A stretch of DNA of 64,000 nucleotides from an uncultured Eubacteriales bacterium (GTDB taxonomy: Bacteria; Bacillota; Clostridia; Oscillospirales; Oscillospiraceae). This document shows positions 59,951 through 64,000 of this stretch, one piece after another. The first letter of the stretch is position 1; the number at the start of each line of letters is the position of its first letter. Below the pieces are notes generated by a model that saw nothing but the letters and a program-made list of their open reading frames with translations, was not told the origin of the DNA and made no database searches. The stretch covers positions 3,099-67,098 of the forward strand of contig URST01000001.1 in the NCBI GenBank assembly GCA_900550585.1, read 5' to 3'. A program made the position numbers and the translations under genes.

Positions 59951-60180
59951 TCGTATTGCGTTTTTGCACTCTGTCGGCTGCCGCAGCCCACCCTTTCTCC
60001 CTGCTTCTTTTGATTTGATGGTCATATAGAGACAAGGAGGTGCGGCGTATGGATTACTCGTAAAAATTTCTTCAAAAATCTTTCGCCCAATTTGGAAGTT
60101 AGGGTATCGGCTACCGTAGTAGTGGCGAAAGGGGAGGACAAGTATCACCCGCCTTTGCGGACGCGAAGGGAGGTGAGAAA

Positions 60181-60609
60181 ATGAAACCTCATTCGCACGA
60201 AGAACATATCCAGCACACCTTTGATGCGTTCTGCAAAAAGGTACTGCGGAATGAAGCGCGGGATTACCTCGACGAGCTGGCACGGAAGCGAAATCGTGAG
60301 ATCAGCTTTTCTGATTTGCCGGTTGAAGTCATGGAACAGCTTTCGACCTGTGACATCTATTTTGTCGAGAAACAATCCTTTGGCGTTCTTGATTACAGGG
60401 TGCATATCGATAATGACGAGCTGGCAGGAGCCATAGCAGCCCTGCCAGCCCAGAAGCGCGATATTATCCTGCTGTCCTATTTCCTTGATATGCCGGACAG
60501 CGAGATCGCCAAGGCACTGAACATGGTGCGCAGCTCCGTTGCTTACCGAAGATCCGCCACCTTAAAATTGCTGAGAGAACTGATGGGAGGAAAAGCAGAT
60601 GAACAATAA
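60181..60609 (+). CDS. Sigma-70 region 4 protein (Tn916 Orf7-like activator)
   Basis: FDAFCKKVLRNEARD, RDIILLSYFLDM.D.EIA. Confidence 0.88.
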   Translation: MKPHSHEEHIQHTFDAFCKKVLRNEARDYLDELARKRNREISFSDLPVEVMEQLSTCDIYFVEKQSFGVLDYRVHIDNDELAGAIAALPAQKRDIILLSYFLDMPDSEIAKALNMVRSSVAYRRSATLKLLRELMGGKADEQ

Positions 60610-60838
60610 CCTGAACAACGCACGTCTGCTGCCCTTTACTGTCATTCAGAAAGCAGCAGGCGGCGACGTGGAAGCCATCAACACGGTTCTGAAACACTAT
60701 GCGGGTTATATTGCCAAACTGTCACTGCGCGAGCTATACGACGAATACGGCAATCCCCATCTCTGTGTGGACGAAGAACTGCGGCGGAGGCTGGAAACCA
60801 AGCTCATAACGAAGATCCTCACTTTTCGGGTAGATTGA
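60599..60838 (+). CDS. HTH_16 family protein (Tn916 Orf8-like)
   Basis: LPF.VI..A..GD.EAI..VL.HY.GYI, RRRLETKLI..IL.F. Confidence 0.88.
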   Translation: MNNNLNNARLLPFTVIQKAAGGDVEAINTVLKHYAGYIAKLSLRELYDEYGNPHLCVDEELRRRLETKLITKILTFRVD

Positions 60839-60882
60839 CCCAACTGCCGGACAAGCACTTTCCCCTTTCTGCAAGTCCGACT

Positions 60883-61200
60883 GACTGTTCCTTGACAAAT
60901 ACGCGCGTAAGATAACGACGATTGCGTCATAAAGCACAAAGGATACATCCCTTTTGCGCCGAGCCGTGCGGTGGGTGCGCCATGACCCGTATCCGGGAGG
61001 ATATGCCGAGCGACAAACACTTTCACCGTAATGCAGCGTGGCAGCTTGCGGGCGAGGATGCGCAAAAGGAATAATGGTACTCCCTTGCAGCCACAGTCCG
61101 AGCGTTAAAAGCGTCGCAGGCGATGGGCAGGGCTTCGGCAGACCGTCGGAGGGGTGAAACTCCCGTGGAGCTGCGCCAGCAGCCGTCCTTTGAGCTTCTT
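60883..61200 (+). ncRNA. Candidate cis-acting structured RNA resembling the Tn916 orf8-xis intergenic (canT antitermination) region
   Basis: boxA-like tgttccttgacaa; block ataatggtactccc...agtccgagcg...gtcgcaggc...ggggtgaaactcccgtggagc recalled as similar to Tn916 (from memory, not aligned). Confidence 0.55.
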
Positions 61201-61246
61201 TATTATGATTTACTTTTTCTATCCCATGAAAGGGGGATTTATTTCT

Positions 61247-61420
61247 ATGAGCACAGCAATCAATCAGAAAACAAATGTCCCCGTTGTACGAGAGTACAAA
61301 ATCGGGGACATGACATATATCGTGAAAGCCGTCGTTAAGGACGGCGCAAAAGAGGACGCCGCGACAAAAATTCGCCGCATGATAAGAAATGATATGCAGC
61401 AGGCAAAGAGCCACAAATAA
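61247..61420 (+). CDS. TnpW-like transposon-encoded small protein (possible directionality factor)
   Basis: EYKIGDMTYIV....AKEDA..KI.RMIRND; upstream of the recombinase. Confidence 0.7.
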   Translation: MSTAINQKTNVPVVREYKIGDMTYIVKAVVKDGAKEDAATKIRRMIRNDMQQAKSHK

Positions 61421-61506
61421 TTTACATCTTGCCTGCTGACGGCGAACAGGTTTGATGGTATAATATAAATAACCTGTTTGTCCGGCTGCCGGAACAGGAG
61501 GTAAAC

Positions 61507-61659
61507 ATGAAACAGCAGCCAGACAAGATGACCGCATACTACTATCGTGCGGCGCATATCAATGCAGATTTGTACCTTGACAATCAAATGTACCGACTTC
61601 TCCACCATGCAATGACAAACGGTGTGTCCCTTGCTGCGAAAGGTGGTGACTGCAAATGA
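61507..61659 (+). CDS. 50-aa ORF resembling a serine-recombinase N-terminus without the catalytic Ser
   Basis: AGGAGGT RBS; MKQQPDKMTAYYYRAAH..LDNQMYRLLHHAMTNG; ATGA overlap with the recombinase ORF. Confidence 0.6.
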   Translation: MKQQPDKMTAYYYRAAHINADLYLDNQMYRLLHHAMTNGVSLAAKGGDCK

Positions 61660-63419
61660 TGAACGGAATCCAGTTTCAGAGTGTGCAGACGCCTAACGCT
61701 TTAAGCAGCGAACTCCGCAGTGTGATCCGTGACAATGTTCTGCAATTCTATGTGCAGGGCAACGGAATGGATGTGCAGGAAGAAGGCATAACCGCCCTGT
61801 ATGAACGCTTGTCGCAGGAAGATAAATTAGACGGAGAGAGCAACAGTATTGCTAATCAGAAGAAGATTCTGGAACGCTACTGTAAAGACCACGGGTATAC
61901 CGCTATCCGGCACTATGACGAGGACGACGGTTATTCGGGGACAAACTTCAACCGTCCGGGTTTCCAGCGTATGCTTGCCGATATTAAGGCGGGCAAGATC
62001 AAGCGCGTCATTGTAAAGGATATGAGCCGATTCGGGCGCGACTATTTGCAAGTGGGTATGTATACGGATGTTCTTTTCCCGGAGTTTGGCGTACACTTTA
62101 TTGCCGTCAATGACGGCGTTGACAGCACCCGGGGCGAAAATGAGTTTACCGCTATCCGCAATGTTTTCAACGAAATGTACGCCCGCGATACTTCCAAGAA
62201 GATCCGCGCCACATGGCAGAGTAAAGGAAAATCCGGCGAACATCTGACTACCATTCCCCCATACGGGTATATCAAAGACCCGGAGGACAAAAAGAAATGG
62301 ATTGTGGATGAAGAAGCCGCAGCGGTTGTGCAAAAGATTTTCTCCCTCTGTGTTGACGGTTTGGGACCTACACAAATTGCCAAGTGGCTGAAACAGCATC
62401 AGATTTTAAATCCTACTGCTTATGCTCATTCCAAAGGGCTGCCAGCCAGCAACAAGCCTACGGCTGATCCGTACAAGTGGACAAATGAAACCGTTTCCCG
62501 CATTTTGGAACGCGTGGACTATCTGGGACACACAGTGAACTTCAAGACAACGAAGCAATCCTACAAGAGCAAAAAGAAACTCTGGAACGATCCTGCGGAT
62601 TGGGTAATCTTTGAGAACACCCAGCCCGCGATCATCGAGGAAAGCGTATTTATTATTGTCCAGAATATCCGCAAATCCCGCCGCCGTCCTACCAAGATGG
62701 GTGATATGGGTATCTTCTCCGGGCTGCTCTACTGTGCAGAGTGCGGCGGCAAGATGTATCAATGCCGCGCCACGAATTTTACGGAAGAACAGAAATATTT
62801 TATCTGCTCCACCTACCGCAAAGGAAAAGACCTATGCACAACACATTCCATCAAGAATGTGGTACTGCATGAAATCGTGTTGAGAAATCTGCGCGAAGCC
62901 ATACAGTATGTAAGCCAGCACGAAGCCGAGTTTATGCAGGAAGCCGCAGACATCAGTATGCGTGATCGTGACGCGGAATTTGCGCGGAAACGTGATACGC
63001 TGGCAAAAGCTGATAAACGCATTGCAGAGCTTGACCGCATCATTTCCAGACTGTATGAGGACAATGTAATGGGTAAACTGTCCGATGACAGATTTATCAA
63101 AATGTCCCACGACTATGAGCTGGAACAGAGTAACCTTAAATCTATGGCAGAGGTTTTGCGCAAGGAGTTGAAACAGCAGGAGCAGCAGAAAACCAACGCC
63201 AAGGCATTTGTCTCAGCGGTGAAGAAGTACACAGATATGCAGGAGCTTGACGCGGCAGTTCTCCGAGAGTTTATTGACCGCATCGAAGTGTCCCACGCAG
63301 ACAAGAAATCCAAGACAAGGGAGATCACTATTGTCTATAACTTCATCGGTGCATTTGACTTTACACGGGCTATCGAAGAAGCCCACAATACAACTCAAAA
63401 ACAGCAAAAGACGGCATAG
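61656..63419 (+). CDS. Large serine recombinase (TndX/TnpX-like integrase)
   Basis: ALYERLS, SGTNFNRPGF, VKDMSRFGR, PYGY, CAECG zinc ribbon, coiled coil. Confidence 0.95.
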   Translation: MMNGIQFQSVQTPNALSSELRSVIRDNVLQFYVQGNGMDVQEEGITALYERLSQEDKLDGESNSIANQKKILERYCKDHGYTAIRHYDEDDGYSGTNFNRPGFQRMLADIKAGKIKRVIVKDMSRFGRDYLQVGMYTDVLFPEFGVHFIAVNDGVDSTRGENEFTAIRNVFNEMYARDTSKKIRATWQSKGKSGEHLTTIPPYGYIKDPEDKKKWIVDEEAAAVVQKIFSLCVDGLGPTQIAKWLKQHQILNPTAYAHSKGLPASNKPTADPYKWTNETVSRILERVDYLGHTVNFKTTKQSYKSKKKLWNDPADWVIFENTQPAIIEESVFIIVQNIRKSRRRPTKMGDMGIFSGLLYCAECGGKMYQCRATNFTEEQKYFICSTYRKGKDLCTTHSIKNVVLHEIVLRNLREAIQYVSQHEAEFMQEAADISMRDRDAEFARKRDTLAKADKRIAELDRIISRLYEDNVMGKLSDDRFIKMSHDYELEQSNLKSMAEVLRKELKQQEQQKTNAKAFVSAVKKYTDMQELDAAVLREFIDRIEVSHADKKSKTREITIVYNFIGAFDFTRAIEEAHNTTQKQQKTA

Positions 63420-63444
63420 CCGTCAAGCTAAACCGTCTTTTGCT
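63403..63444 (+). terminator. Hairpin at the end of the recombinase gene
   Basis: agcaaaagacgg...ccgtcttttgct, 12-bp stem. Confidence 0.6.
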
Positions 63445-63448
63445 TCAA

Positions 63449-63486
63449 TGTTTTCTTAAGTCACCGCCCCATAAGGGGCGTTTTTC
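63449..63486. other. attR junction of the ICE (re-forms a terminator)
   Basis: Inverted repeat tgttttcttaagtca (63449-63463) + ccgcccca + TAA + host ggggcgttttt. Confidence 0.8.
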
Positions 63487-63694
63487 TTGCGTCGAAAGTT
63501 TCTTTACAAGAAAATTACGACCGACACGCATCGACACTTCACAAGCCCTTTATATGAGTAAAATAAAGGAAAAACGGCCCTGCGGCAAGCGCACGCTAAG
63601 AACCGACCCGCCTTATTTACATCGTTTTTTTCTCGCGGTAAGATACAAATACGCCCGCTGGGTAAGGCGGGGGAAAATTGTAAGGAGAGAAAAC

Positions 63695-64000
63695 ATGGAA
63701 GAAAGAAAAGGCTTTGGAACCAATTTTGGTTTCCTGATGGCCGCGGTCGGCTCGGCAGTCGGCCTGGGCAACATCTGGGGCTTCCCCAATAAGATGGGCG
63801 CCTCCGGCGGTTTTACGTTCCTCATCATCTACCTCATTCTGGCGGTCCTGTGCGGCTTCATCGTCATGGTGGGCGAGCTGGCCATCGGCCGCAAGACCGG
63901 CAAAGGTGCCGTGGAGGCCTACCGCGTCCTGTCCAAGAAGTTCAGGTGGATGGGCTGGATGGGCATCCTGTCCGCCTTCTTCATTCTGTTCTTCTACTGC
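63695..64000 (+). CDS. Sodium-dependent transporter, NSS/SNF family (3'-truncated by the window)
   Basis: AAGGAG RBS; GFLMAAVGSAVGLGNIWGFP..GGFTFLIIY..ELAIGR. Confidence 0.92.
   Translation, partial: MEERKGFGTNFGFLMAAVGSAVGLGNIWGFPNKMGASGGFTFLIIYLILAVLCGFIVMVGELAIGRKTGKGAVEAYRVLSKKFRWMGWMGILSAFFILFFYC

Larger units (their letters stand above)
25148..63474. mobile_element. Integrative conjugative element (~38.3 kb): serine-recombinase type, Tn1549/CTn-like T4SS, MOBP relaxase
   Basis: Contains VirB4, VirD4, VirB6-like, relaxase, MobC and LSR genes; abrupt drop in GC; TAA direct repeat at both ends (25148-50, 63472-74); terminal inverted repeats match at 14/15. Confidence 0.92.

Noticed and set aside
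60883..61200. Possible group II intron fragment (GTGAAA-type hairpins)
   Set aside because: No domain V/VI, no intron-encoded protein and no interrupted gene; the Tn916-like context explains it better

Overview
Chromosomal window from a high-GC, spore-forming Clostridia bacterium. The gene content (spoIIE, dacF, murT/gatD, mnmG) suggests Oscillospiraceae, which is an inference. Bases 1-25147 are host DNA: the 3' part of a very large modular surface protein, an unannotated 34-aa peptide and a Cys-rich lipoprotein; then spoIIE, glycerate kinase, tRNA-Gly(CCC), dacF, pgi, gatD-murT-mnmG, a three-gene flavoprotein oxidoreductase operon and a KdpD/KdpE-like two-component system. Bases 25148-63474 are an apparently complete ~38.3-kb integrative conjugative element (ICE) of visibly lower GC. 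It carries a Tn1549/C. difficile CTn-like conjugation module, a MOBP relaxase, a Tn916-like orf9/orf7/orf8 regulatory module and a large serine recombinase. Both ends could be reconstructed: 15-bp inverted repeats, a TAA core, and insertion into the loop of the host terminator. The ICE cargo is a split sensor kinase, a LuxR regulator, a pseudo-receiver protein, a repeat-rich VPQTG adhesin and sortase B. An NSS-family transporter starts at 63695. Most interesting observations: (1) the surface protein/micro-peptide/lipoprotein trio, where peptide and lipoprotein share a C-terminal motif; (2) a second, inverted copy of the oriT/mobC leader in front of the polyvalent antirestriction gene; (3) two inverted 115-bp elements bracketing that module; (4) a candidate antitermination RNA paired with tandem left-end terminators; (5) a catalytically dead recombinase mini-ORF coupled to the integrase. 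Family assignments come from motif recognition by eye; no database searches were run.
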